Source: Nitrososphaerota archaeon | GTDB lineage: Archaea; Thermoproteota; EX4484-205; JAAOZP01 | Length of the DNA stretch: 64,000 nucleotides | Direction: 5' to 3' | Assembly: GCA_011605725.1 (NCBI GenBank) | Contig: JAAOZP010000012.1 | Span: 192,001 to 256,000 of the forward strand | Shown here: piece after piece, positions 17,687-27,116 of the stretch | Position numbering within the stretch: the first letter of the stretch is position 1 | Layout of the letters: every line of letters starts with the position of its first letter | Notes under the pieces: generated by a model | Databases searched by the model: none | What the model saw: the letters and a program-made list of their open reading frames with translations, nothing else | What the model was told of the DNA's origin: nothing | Made by a program: the position numbers and the translations under genes

Positions 17687-19804
17687 CTAATCAAAAGGTT
17701 TTTGGCAAGATTCTAGGACAATGACCTCATACTCTTGGAGAACTGGCAACTTTAACACCACGTTCTGATCAACCTCTTCCCAATCCAGCTCCATGTTTAA
17801 CCTCAACGCCTTAGCGTAACGTGGCTTATCAAACCCGTGAAGAACTATTTTTAAATTCCTGATTAGTAGGGTTGATTCTATAGGCCTAGTCATCTCGCCA
17901 GTGAAGTTCACCAGATGTATTAGTATTCTACGTTTATCTGGCTGGTGTCTAAGAGTAACTTCAACAGTCTGAGGACAATCATCAAGCGTTACCAGTTTTC
18001 TAGACATGAGGCGGACAGCGTTAGCAATTATCCTCCTGTAGTCAGGGTTATGATAAGAATAATAGTGCTCAAAGAAGTTTCCAGCGAGGTAGAGGCAGCT
18101 TCCTCTTCCATACTTGTTAATCAGGATCGCGGGATTCTTAGATAAGGGAGGAAGCCTCACGTATCTAGCGGGCATTTTCTCATTATACATGGCTATCGCC
18201 CTTGACGTTACGGGGATCACCTCAACCCCGAAAGCCGGGCATGGAAGAAGCTTTGTGCTCACCCCCTCTACAAAAGGATGGTCGCCGACGATTGACATGT
18301 AGTCCATCATCATTGGGCCGAAGACACCTCTTCCAGCCTTAACGCCGAATACCTCGGCCAACCTGAACTCTTTAAGCATCACTCCGTATTCATCATATCT
18401 TGAACATTCAAAGCTTGCAATAAGGTTACCTCCATCCCTTACGTACTCCCTGATAGTGTCGGCACAATCATTAGAAATGCATGCAGAGTTTGGAGCAATT
18501 ATTAAGTCATACTTGCGAAGATTCTCCAGCTTTACCGACTCCTCATCAATAACGTCGAAGAGAACGTGGGACCTCACCAGTAGCTCGTAACATCCTTGAA
18601 AGCCAGCGAAGTAGTCTGCAGCCTTCCTCTCCTCGATTTTCACCTCCTTCGGATGGAAGTCCGCGAAAGGAATGCTCGCCCTGTAGAAATCAGCCGTCCT
18701 CTTGGACCAGAAGAGCCCAACCCTAGCGATCGACGTAGTGTGCTCCAGATACTCGGCGTTTCCAATTATAAAGCGGTTCATCTCCCCGGCAGCCAACGCT
18801 CCCGGCCCTTCAGCTGATCTCAACGATACACCATACCACGGATTAGCACCGTTAGCAATCGTCTCTGCATAAAGAAGCTTCGTCTCAGCTGGAGTTAAGA
18901 GATACTCATCCCACCCCTTATTAGCACCGGCTATGAAGACAACCGTCGGCTTACCGCCGGATTGTGTTTCCAGGAGCTTAGCCGTCATGCCTGCTTTCCA
19001 AAGCGGTTCAGCCCTCAGGTCATAGTATAGGAAGCCACCCTCAGCCCCCAGCATATCCTGGTAAGATATAAGCCTCCGGTTATCCCTTGCCTCAATCCAA
19101 GTCGGCCACAGGCCTGCAGAATTCATGTAGATTATCGCGTTCTGCTTAACCTTTTTCAGCGTCTTTTCAGCATCTCTAAGGTACTCAGCTATACTGTCAT
19201 ACCTAAACTCTACGAACTTCCTCCAGGAAGGGTCTTTCCAATCCTCCTCGCGGGGAATATCAAATCCATACTTCCGCTTGAACTTCTCTTGGCAGTTCTT
19301 GCAATAGCAAGTTCCCGGATAGTAGGCCGGGCCATCTAAAAATATTCCATCGATATCGTAGGAAGCCAGATCCTCGATACCTTGAAGGGACCACTCTCTC
19401 CAGGAAGGGGAGTTTACGCATGGAGAGTTTCCGGAGCCGTAAAGAAAATCTATTATCTTGCCTTCTTTATTCACCTGAAGCCAGTCCGGATGCTGCTTGC
19501 CAAACTCAACGTTTATCCAGTGCACATTGTAATAGACCAGGACCCTGATTCCTCTTTCACGAGCTTCCGGCAAGTATTCCCCCAAAAAATCCCTCGGCAT
19601 GCTTCTTGCTATCCTAGTCTTAAAGTAGAAGACACCCTTCTCCCCTCCCCAAAAATCGCTGCAACCAAGATGCTCAGCGTTAAAGCCAAGCCTACTCTTG
19701 GCTTCAGCAAGCTCAGCCGGATTTATTTTCAGAATCTCCTCGGCATCAGGTAAAGCGAAGTCCGCGATAGTAAGAGACTTGCGCCACCATTGTTCATCAG
19801 ACAT
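17687..19804 (-). CDS. Putative glycoside hydrolase (GHL6-like TIM barrel plus beta-galactosidase trimerisation / class-I GATase-like domain)
   Basis: 'HPDWLQ', 'CVNS', 'YDIDGIFLDG', Zn-site 'CYCKNC', 'YDLIIAPN', 'YVRDGGNL', 'HLVNFTG'. Confidence 0.75.
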   Translation of the reverse strand: MSDEQWWRKSLTIADFALPDAEEILKINPAELAEAKSRLGFNAEHLGCSDFWGGEKGVFYFKTRIARSMPRDFLGEYLPEARERGIRVLVYYNVHWINVEFGKQHPDWLQVNKEGKIIDFLYGSGNSPCVNSPSWREWSLQGIEDLASYDIDGIFLDGPAYYPGTCYCKNCQEKFKRKYGFDIPREEDWKDPSWRKFVEFRYDSIAEYLRDAEKTLKKVKQNAIIYMNSAGLWPTWIEARDNRRLISYQDMLGAEGGFLYYDLRAEPLWKAGMTAKLLETQSGGKPTVVFIAGANKGWDEYLLTPAETKLLYAETIANGANPWYGVSLRSAEGPGALAAGEMNRFIIGNAEYLEHTTSIARVGLFWSKRTADFYRASIPFADFHPKEVKIEERKAADYFAGFQGCYELLVRSHVLFDVIDEESVKLENLRKYDLIIAPNSACISNDCADTIREYVRDGGNLIASFECSRYDEYGVMLKEFRLAEVFGVKAGRGVFGPMMMDYMSIVGDHPFVEGVSTKLLPCPAFGVEVIPVTSRAIAMYNEKMPARYVRLPPLSKNPAILINKYGRGSCLYLAGNFFEHYYSYHNPDYRRIIANAVRLMSRKLVTLDDCPQTVEVTLRHQPDKRRILIHLVNFTGEMTRPIESTLLIRNLKIVLHGFDKPRYAKALRLNMELDWEEVDQNVVLKLPVLQEYEVIVLESCQKPFD

Positions 19805-19895
19805 ACTCTCGTGCTAAGCTTTTGAAATATTAAACCTTTTCCAGAACAATCGGCTGCAAAAACTTATATTTCAACAGCTGGCGTTATGGGGAGAG

Positions 19896-21017
19896 ATGCT
19901 GCCTGCTGAAAGGCTTGACGCCGCGTTTGAAGGCAAGTATTCAGATGCAATACCGTGGTTTGCTGACCTTACTTACTGGTATCACTCGCACGAGGAAATG
20001 GGAACCTTGCCTACTAGGTATAGGGGCGAGGGAAGAATAAACCTTTACATGGACATGGGTTGTGGTGCGCATGAAGAGCTCTACCGACCAGTTTTCAGGA
20101 TAAAGCGTAGACAGGTGGAAATCAATGTTTACGAGACCAAGGATCATGACGGAAGCATTGTCAGGCACGAAGTTTTTCAAACACCGGTAGGAGAGTTGAG
20201 ACGAGTAAGTAAACACTCATTCAAATCCCACAGTACTGCGACTATAGAGCACCCCGTTAAAACAGAGAGAGACTTAAAGGTCCTGAGATTCATATTGAGA
20301 GACCAGATTGTAGAGAAGGATCCTGAGATTTACGAATGGCAGTCGCGAGCGATGCAGAAATGGAATGGATGGGGAATTGTAAGCTCTCTACCACCGAGAA
20401 CACCGTTGATGAGGATGATAGTGGAATGGGCCGGCTTCTCAAACACTGTAAAACTCCAGTGGAGGTCTAGAGAAGAGTTTGACGAGACAATTCAAGTCAT
20501 GTGCGAGGCGGATGACCCAGTTTATGAAGCAGTCTCAGAAGCACCCGCCAAGTATGTTTATTTCGGGGAAAACCTTTCTAGCGACATGGTTAGTCCACGT
20601 CTTTTCAAAACCTACTTGGAACCCTACTACAGGAAGCGTTCTCTTGAGCTTCACTCTAAAGGGAAGAAGATTTACCTACATATAGATGGTAGCCTTAGAG
20701 GGTTGTTGCCGTTGCTTGCTCAAACCGGCATAGACTGTGCACAATCGCTTACACCAGCGCCGGCAGGCGACGTCGACGTTAAGGATTTTAGGAGGCTCGC
20801 TGGCAATAGCATAGTACTATGGGGAGGATTACCAGGTGTTCTATTCAGTGAAAAATATCCCGTTGAAATGTTGAGACGGATTCTTGAAGACATAATAGAA
20901 ACATATATAAATGATTATAAGTTTATAATAGGAGTTGCTGACCAGGTGCCACCGGATGGAGAGATAGACAGGGTGAAAATGGTTAGCGAGATAGTGAATT
21001 CCAAGGGCAGAAGATAA
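19896..21017 (+). CDS. Uroporphyrinogen decarboxylase / MtaA-CmuA (URO-D fold) family protein
   Basis: 'TP.GEL', 'EHPVKT..DL', 'SPRLF..Y..PYY', 'HIDG', 'LWGGLP', 'ADQVPP'. Confidence 0.8.
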   Translation: MLPAERLDAAFEGKYSDAIPWFADLTYWYHSHEEMGTLPTRYRGEGRINLYMDMGCGAHEELYRPVFRIKRRQVEINVYETKDHDGSIVRHEVFQTPVGELRRVSKHSFKSHSTATIEHPVKTERDLKVLRFILRDQIVEKDPEIYEWQSRAMQKWNGWGIVSSLPPRTPLMRMIVEWAGFSNTVKLQWRSREEFDETIQVMCEADDPVYEAVSEAPAKYVYFGENLSSDMVSPRLFKTYLEPYYRKRSLELHSKGKKIYLHIDGSLRGLLPLLAQTGIDCAQSLTPAPAGDVDVKDFRRLAGNSIVLWGGLPGVLFSEKYPVEMLRRILEDIIETYINDYKFIIGVADQVPPDGEIDRVKMVSEIVNSKGRR

Positions 21018-21102
21018 GAAGGTTCAGAATAAGTGTTCACTCTAACGAGCCACCCACTATTACAAAAAATTTAAGTTCAGGATGATATGATTCTACAGAA
21101 AG

Positions 21103-22134
21103 TTGCCATCTAGGAGGCTTACAGTAGGGCTGGTCCTAATCACAGCTGGAATCACTCTTATATTAAGCTCCCTACTCGTGAAACCAGAGCATCCCGAGGA
21201 AGATCAATATGCCGCGTTAAGAAAGGTTAGGGTAGATTATGCGGAAAGGCAGAGCTGTACCTACTTCCTAGACCAGAGCATCCTCCTTAGAAACCCGTCT
21301 AGCGAGACCGTGGTTGATCTGGTCTATGTGTGGATTCCGGTTAACGAGAGCCACCAGTTCACGCGGTTCCTAAGTTCAACTCTAAAACCATTATTCATGA
21401 AAAGCGATGAGGAGGTTGCCATATTAGTTTATAATGTTAGCTTGACGGAAGGGGAAACGATGTGGCTTAATGTTACGCTCCTAGTAACCGTTGAAGGATA
21501 TAGACTTCTTATGGAGAACATCCCCTGGCTGAACCGTTCTCAGGTTGAGGAGAGCACCGGAGGAAAAGGGTATTGGGCCGTTGAAAACCGGACATACATT
21601 TTAGTAGCGAAAAACATAGGCTTAGATGCTAGGGATCCTGTTGAAGCATGCCGTATTGTTGGAGAATGGATACGCAGGAGGCTTCAATACGACGAGGGGC
21701 CGAGAAAGGGTGCTAACCATGCGTTAATTGAGATGGGTGGCGAGCTGTTTGTCAGGGGCGACTGTGAAGAGATTGCCGATGTATTCGTAACGCTCACGAG
21801 AATACTTGGAATACGTTCAAGAGTAGTACATGGCCTCCGTCTTCTCGGATACAGGGAAGGCTCTGTGACAATGTGGATTAAGAGGACAGAAAGAGGTTAC
21901 GAGTACTCTGAAAATTGGGGTGGACATGCCTGGTCGCAAATGTATCTTCCGCAAGCAGGATGGGTTGATTTTGAACTGGGTGCATATGACGTTAGAATAG
22001 GAGACCTCACTCCATATTACGTTAGGTACAGCTTTGAGGAAAAAGGCAACCTGGGTTCAAACGTGCCTTACTGTTTGACGAGAAATCTGGAGGCAGACCT
22101 CCTGTACTTCGTTTTTAGGTGGGTTCAGCCTTGA
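21103..22134 (+). CDS. Membrane-anchored transglutaminase-like domain protein
   Basis: N-terminal TM helix; 'GDCEEIA' (Cys), 'HAWSQMY' (His), 'GWVDFE'. Confidence 0.8.
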   Translation: MPSRRLTVGLVLITAGITLILSSLLVKPEHPEEDQYAALRKVRVDYAERQSCTYFLDQSILLRNPSSETVVDLVYVWIPVNESHQFTRFLSSTLKPLFMKSDEEVAILVYNVSLTEGETMWLNVTLLVTVEGYRLLMENIPWLNRSQVEESTGGKGYWAVENRTYILVAKNIGLDARDPVEACRIVGEWIRRRLQYDEGPRKGANHALIEMGGELFVRGDCEEIADVFVTLTRILGIRSRVVHGLRLLGYREGSVTMWIKRTERGYEYSENWGGHAWSQMYLPQAGWVDFELGAYDVRIGDLTPYYVRYSFEEKGNLGSNVPYCLTRNLEADLLYFVFRWVQP

Positions 22135-22964
22135 GGATTTTGAGGAAAACTCTCTTAATCATAATCTTAGCCTTGACAGCAGTACCAGCAGCATTCCTCA
22201 TCAAGCTTCAGCCGGATTACCATGTTGAGATCAACATGAAGACAGGGTTTGAAAGGATGGTGATGCTAAAATTTGACATATTCTTAAAAACTATAAGTAG
22301 CTCAGTTCCGCTTGATGAGAATGCCTACTGGCCAGTTGTTGCGGACTATTACAAACTACGGTACCCATCAGGCTGGATAGAAGCGATGAAACTCTTGTCC
22401 AGAGAGGACATTAGGCTGCTGAACTGCCCGGTTAATCCCCCTTGCGTCAAGCCTCCCTACGCCGTGAACGAGGCAGATGCTTCAGACAGCAGTGCTTTCA
22501 CACTCAGAACCCTAGGAGTTGCCCTTCCCAAAGCCTCTTCTAGGCTTAGGGCGAAGATTTATGAATCGAAGTTTCTCAATTCAACATCAACCCTCCTAGT
22601 TACTGTTATGAACACAGGGGACGATGAAGGAGTGTTCATAGTTATTCTTTTTGAGAAAAGCTTTGAACAGGCTAGGAAGGTAGACCTCAAGCCCAGCGAA
22701 AACGCTTCAGTAAGGTTTCCAGTGCACGTCCCCGAGGGAGAAGAGGTAGTGGTAAGGATCTTTGGAGGTGGAGAGCAGCTGGACGGGTGTAAGCTGACCA
22801 TCGGGATGAAGAAGCCCCCGAGCATCTTGCCACTAGTCTTGGGCGCGGTGGGAACAATTCCTATGCTTGTTGGAACCCTCGTAATACTCTCCCACTTTAT
22901 GGGTAAGTTTAGGAAACACGCTTCATTGCAAGAGGATGGCCCTGCTCCATATCCTCCAAGCTAA
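22119..22964 (+). CDS. Hypothetical membrane protein with an Ig-like (CARDB-like) domain, anchored at both ends
   Basis: N- and C-terminal TM helices; 'VTVMNTGD..G', 'LKPSE..SVRF'; overlaps the upstream gene. Confidence 0.55.
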   Translation: MGSALRILRKTLLIIILALTAVPAAFLIKLQPDYHVEINMKTGFERMVMLKFDIFLKTISSSVPLDENAYWPVVADYYKLRYPSGWIEAMKLLSREDIRLLNCPVNPPCVKPPYAVNEADASDSSAFTLRTLGVALPKASSRLRAKIYESKFLNSTSTLLVTVMNTGDDEGVFIVILFEKSFEQARKVDLKPSENASVRFPVHVPEGEEVVVRIFGGGEQLDGCKLTIGMKKPPSILPLVLGAVGTIPMLVGTLVILSHFMGKFRKHASLQEDGPAPYPPS

Positions 22965-23054
22965 ACGGATTGCAGCATGCGCTAATTATGAACAGCCTTA
23001 CCTAAAACCATAATTCTTATAAGGTAGTACAGCATTCCATTCGAATGATGCATA

Positions 23055-24107
23055 TTGGTCGATATAGTTGACGCTCCTCAAATCACTGACAATTTCATAA
23101 GGAAACTGTATGAGAGAACTAGGCCCTCTCTATCCTTCAAAGCCTCCACTAGAGAAGAGTTTTTAGAATGGAGGGAGAAACTAAAGAGTAAGATTAGAGA
23201 GCTTTTAGGGGAATTCCCTGAGCCCGCTGACTTAAATCCCCGTCTGCTTTCTAGAGAGGAGGCTGAGAAGTATGTTAGGGAGAAATGGATCATTCAATCT
23301 GAAGAGGACTGCTGGGTACCATTATACCTTTTAATCCCGAAGGGCTTCAAAGGAAAGCTTCCAGCAATTTTATGTGCACACGGCCATGGCGCATACGGTA
23401 AGGATTCAGTAGCAGGTGTTCATTTTAACGATCCGAATAGGAAGGCTGAGATTGAAAGGTTAAACTATAATTATGCGGAGCAGATGGCTAATGCTGGTTT
23501 CGTTACAATAGCTCCTGATTGGAGAAGTTTTGGTGAAAGAATAGCCTATTATAATCCATATCCCGGGAGGGATATATGCAACATTCATTTCCTCCAGCAC
23601 TTGATACTTGGGAGAACGCTTTTAGGAAGCAACATATTCGACGGCATGCGGGTAATAGACTTCCTAACCACATTAGAATATGTTGATCCCAACCGGATAG
23701 GATGCATGGGTCTATCCTTTGGAGGGACAATGACAACCTACCTGACGCTGCTCGACGAAAGGATAAAAGCAGCAGATATAATATGCTACGCAACCACTAC
23801 TGAGCACTACGCGATATCTAGGCCAAACTTCTGCGGGTCTCAGCTGGTTCCCAACCTTTACAAGTATGCTGACGTGCCCGATGTCATAGCCGCAATAGCT
23901 CCTAAGCCTCTCCTAATAGAGAGCGGAGCCTCCGATACTTGTTTCTGGATTCATTCCACCCTTAAAGCACACAACGTGATAAAAAGGGCCTACGAGGTCG
24001 CCGGGGAGCCGGAGAACCTCTGGATAGAAATCTTCCCGGGGGAACACAGCTTCTCTGGGAGAATGGCCTTCAGCTTCTTCAAAAAATACCTTAAATCTGG
24101 AAACTGA
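23055..24107 (+). CDS. Alpha/beta hydrolase (dienelactone hydrolase / carbohydrate esterase-like)
   Basis: 'AHGHG', 'DWRSFGER', nucleophile elbow 'GLSFGG', 'APKPLL', 'GEHSF'. Confidence 0.85.
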   Translation: MVDIVDAPQITDNFIRKLYERTRPSLSFKASTREEFLEWREKLKSKIRELLGEFPEPADLNPRLLSREEAEKYVREKWIIQSEEDCWVPLYLLIPKGFKGKLPAILCAHGHGAYGKDSVAGVHFNDPNRKAEIERLNYNYAEQMANAGFVTIAPDWRSFGERIAYYNPYPGRDICNIHFLQHLILGRTLLGSNIFDGMRVIDFLTTLEYVDPNRIGCMGLSFGGTMTTYLTLLDERIKAADIICYATTTEHYAISRPNFCGSQLVPNLYKYADVPDVIAAIAPKPLLIESGASDTCFWIHSTLKAHNVIKRAYEVAGEPENLWIEIFPGEHSFSGRMAFSFFKKYLKSGN

Positions 24108-24192
24108 GGCGAATGGCTGTTAAAACTGAAAGCAAATGCCGCTTGGGATACGCAGAGTAAAAATTCTAACATTTAGTGAAGCTAACCATCCA

Positions 24193-24201
24193 CGCGCGCG
24201 C
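24193..24201. repeat. (CG)n tract CGCGCGCGC at a pseudogene junction
   Basis: Read directly from the sequence. Confidence 0.9.
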
Positions 24202-24354
24202 CTTCCGAAGGAAGCGAGAGTAGTCTCCATGATAGCTGTAGGCTATTCTGGTGAGAAAAAGGAGCCCGTGTCAAACTGGAAATCCCTACAGGAGATCGTT
24301 GGATACAACCACTGGCAGCACAGGCTTTTTAAAATCTTAAGGAACCAGGCTTAA
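24202..24354 (+). pseudogene. C-terminal remnant of a nitroreductase-family gene
   Basis: 'LPKEARVVSMIAVGYSGEKKEP..WKSLQEIVGYNHW' parallels the C-terminus of the intact nitroreductase at 31190-31708; similarity starts right after CGCGCGCGC. Confidence 0.7.
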
Positions 24355-25347
24355 TACTTCTGTGGATCTTAAAACCTCTTCTCCATGAAGATTAATGATT
24401 GAGTCAAAGTTCTCCCGGGTAACGTTCGTAGTTGTCCCGACTCCGGTTACGCACGCTGCGCCAGCAGCCTGCCCCGCCATTAAGATCCTCTTTAAATCCT
24501 CAAGAGGGATTTCCGACAGGCCTCCAAACATCCTATTCTTAAGCAGTGTGAATATTATTCCTGCGCTGAACGCGTCCCCGGCGCCAGTCGGGTCAACCAC
24601 TTCAACTTTAAAACCTTTCTGCCTTACGTATTTCCCATTCTTCAAAACAGCCAGCGCACCCTTTTCGCCGAGGGTTATGAAAGTAATGCCGTTAACCCTT
24701 TTACTCGCCTCCCTCATCCCATAGGCCAAACTATCTGTCTTGAATATGTTTTTCAGCTCTATGTCGTTACAGTGGAAAAAATCTGCGTAATCCAAATGCT
24801 CAACAATATAATCCCATTGCCTCCCATATGGCTCCACCATGTCGACGAACGTTAAGCTACCGGTCTTCTTCGCGGTTTTAAGAACCTCTCCAAGCCTTTC
24901 GTCGAATTCACCGCATAATCCGGACGCGGCGTAGAAAATCCGTGGTTTAACCTCAAGCACCTTCTTGGAGACGAAATCCGGGTCGAGATGCAGGCTTGCA
25001 CCCAGGTCCAGGTGGAACCTCCTGTCCTCACCTTTAACCACAAGCGCAATGTTTTTAGTCGTCCCCGTTTCAGCCAGCTCCATCAAGTGTGTGATAACCC
25101 CCTTCTCCTCTAAAACGCTTTTTATGAACCATCCGAAAACATCCCTGCCGATTGCCCCCACTATGCCGACAGAACCCTTTTCAAGGCCCAGCTGGATCAA
25201 ATCTATGGAAACGTTGCAGGGGTGGCCTCCAACAGTCAGCTTAACGCTTTTCTTAGCAAAAACTATGTGACCAGGATCCGCGATTTTAGGCAGTTCAGCC
25301 AGAATCATGTCGGCAACGATGAACCCTGAGGCGAGGACTTTCATCAA
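24337..25347 (-). CDS. PfkB/ribokinase-family carbohydrate kinase
   Basis: 'GGHPCNV', 'GRDVFG', 'TLGEKGA', 'DPTGAGDAFSAG'. Confidence 0.9.
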   Translation of the reverse strand: MMKVLASGFIVADMILAELPKIADPGHIVFAKKSVKLTVGGHPCNVSIDLIQLGLEKGSVGIVGAIGRDVFGWFIKSVLEEKGVITHLMELAETGTTKNIALVVKGEDRRFHLDLGASLHLDPDFVSKKVLEVKPRIFYAASGLCGEFDERLGEVLKTAKKTGSLTFVDMVEPYGRQWDYIVEHLDYADFFHCNDIELKNIFKTDSLAYGMREASKRVNGITFITLGEKGALAVLKNGKYVRQKGFKVEVVDPTGAGDAFSAGIIFTLLKNRMFGGLSEIPLEDLKRILMAGQAAGAACVTGVGTTTNVTRENFDSIINLHGEEVLRSTEVLSLVP

Positions 25348-25388
25348 GACAGATCATGGTTAAGAGTTTTTAATCTTTTCTAAACTTC

Positions 25389-26417
25389 CTAAACCCATTT
25401 CCTGAGGGTAGTATCCTCTGCAACAGACCTGTAGAAGCGCCTCATCCTTTCAATCAGCCTAGTAACCCTATCCCTGGAAAAACCTTTCTCAGAGTGAAGG
25501 AACTCCATCAACCATGCTTCGTCAAGCCCCGAGTACTTGACGGAATACTCTTTTTTAACATCAGGCTGCATGAATACTTTTCTGACCTCAGCGTAATTCT
25601 CCGGAGCCTTTGGAAGAATGCTTCTAGGGATTTCATCTATCCGCCCATACTTCTTAATAAGCTGCAGAGCCTTTTTAGGACCAATCCCCTTAACACCCTC
25701 GTTGAAATCAGTACCCACGAGAATAGCCACATCCACCAGCTGCTCCCTAGTGATGCCCAGCCTACCTAAGGCCTCTCCAGCCTCTATAAGCTCAGGCTTC
25801 AAGACTTTTAAATAGCCCTTGCTCGGGTAGAACTCGGTGCTACGTATAGCCAGGTTTCTAACAAGCCTGGGAGAACCGTAGAGCAAGGTATCATAGTCCC
25901 TACCTGCCACAGCATACGCCTCCCCCCTTTGAACGATAAAGGCCGCCTGAGCCTCAGCATCAGAAGGAGCCTCGACAAACGGAAGGCCCATTGCAGAAAG
26001 CAGGATCTTAGCGTCCTCGACCATCGCCGTCGTCAGCCTAGTGGAAGAAACAGCCTTGGAAAAGGCTTCTGCAAGCCTACCTTCTTTCAACGCTAGCCTC
26101 CACTCCGCCAAAGCCTTCTCCCTCCTGAGCTTCCTCTCCTCCAGCTCCCTCAGCTTAAGCTGAGCAGGCCTTCCGTCGAAGACGAATATGAACCTCATGC
26201 TGTAGTCACACAGTAGCCTTGTAACCCTGAAGGCGAAGCCTATCAGGTGAGAAGTAACGTTGCCCTCAGCATCCGTGAAGAACGTTCCGTCAGGCTTACG
26301 TATCAAAGCGAGAAACTGGTAGAGCATCTGGCTAGCGTCAACAGCGAAGCTTTTCCCTCTAAGGCTTTCAAGACTCGTCGGTTTCCTGCTGATTATGGGT
26401 GTTAAATTAACCCCCAT
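25389..26417 (-). CDS. fen: Flap endonuclease-1 (divergent)
   Basis: 'MGV', 'AVDA...LYQFL..IR..DG', 'TSHL.G', 'FVFDG', 'APSDAEAQAA', 'DYD.LL.GSP', 'GTDFN.GVKGIGPKKAL', PIP-like tail 'TTLRKWV'. Confidence 0.9.
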   Translation of the reverse strand: MGVNLTPIISRKPTSLESLRGKSFAVDASQMLYQFLALIRKPDGTFFTDAEGNVTSHLIGFAFRVTRLLCDYSMRFIFVFDGRPAQLKLRELEERKLRREKALAEWRLALKEGRLAEAFSKAVSSTRLTTAMVEDAKILLSAMGLPFVEAPSDAEAQAAFIVQRGEAYAVAGRDYDTLLYGSPRLVRNLAIRSTEFYPSKGYLKVLKPELIEAGEALGRLGITREQLVDVAILVGTDFNEGVKGIGPKKALQLIKKYGRIDEIPRSILPKAPENYAEVRKVFMQPDVKKEYSVKYSGLDEAWLMEFLHSEKGFSRDRVTRLIERMRRFYRSVAEDTTLRKWV

Positions 26418-26500
26418 CCGAACCTACACCAAGTATTGCTAAAGTCCGAGTAACGTTTATGGTTTTCTGAACATATTCCTAATCTGAATAAAGGCTGTTC

Positions 26501-26608
26501 CGCGCGCGCTCGGTGAACGTGTCTGGGTTGCTCAGCTTACTGGATGCGAAGTACGTGTTTAAACAGTGGGTCGGTTTCTTCAATTCTACGGAAAGCTCGG
26601 CGCGCGCG
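26501..26608. repeat. Two (CG)n tracts (26501-26509 and 26600-26608) within a surface-protein remnant
   Basis: Read directly; the second tract is flanked by the inverted repeat CTCGGC/GCCGAG. Confidence 0.85.
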
Positions 26609-26797
26609 AGCCGAGGCTGGAGACGAGCCATGTACTCTGAGGACTACATGAGCATGATGATCACGGTGGCTGTTATGTCCCTAGTGATAATCGCAGCCAT
26701 CGTCGTATTCTTATGTAGAAGAAGGAAAAAGATTCCTTCCCTGCCACCTTCGCCGCCTCCGCCAACTCCTCCGTCGCATTCCACATCTTTTACATAA
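26510..26797 (+). pseudogene. C-terminal remnant of a cell-surface protein (beta-repeat fragment, TM anchor, basic cluster, Pro-rich tail)
   Basis: 'AKYVFKQWVG', 'YSEDY', TM helix, 'RRRKK', 'PPSPPPPTPP'; no signal peptide or N-terminal body. Confidence 0.6.
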
Positions 26798-26882
26798 ATA
26801 TGTATTCCCCTCTTTTTCCCATGTTTTAAGAACATAAGATTTATTAATTCGAAGAATGGTATTTATCCGGTAAATCTGAAAG

Positions 26883-27116
26883 ATGGCAGAAAGTCGAGTA
26901 GGTTCGAAAGGAGAGCTATTTCTACCTAAGAAGATTAGGGAAGAGCTAGGCCTTCACCCTCATACAAAAGTAATCTATAGGGTTGAGGGAAACAGGCTTG
27001 TGGTTGAACCAATTCCAAGCCTTGAGGAAGTGCTGAAGAAACAGCCATCTGTTGAGATCACCCTTGAAGAATTCCATGAATTCAGAAGGGAGCTGTCTAG
27101 GAGGGCAGAGTCTTGA
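26883..27116 (+). CDS. AbrB/MazE/SpoVT-family antitoxin (VapB-like)
   Basis: 'VGSKGELFLPKKIREELGL'; overlaps the PIN gene by 4 nt. Confidence 0.88.
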   Translation: MAESRVGSKGELFLPKKIREELGLHPHTKVIYRVEGNRLVVEPIPSLEEVLKKQPSVEITLEEFHEFRRELSRRAES

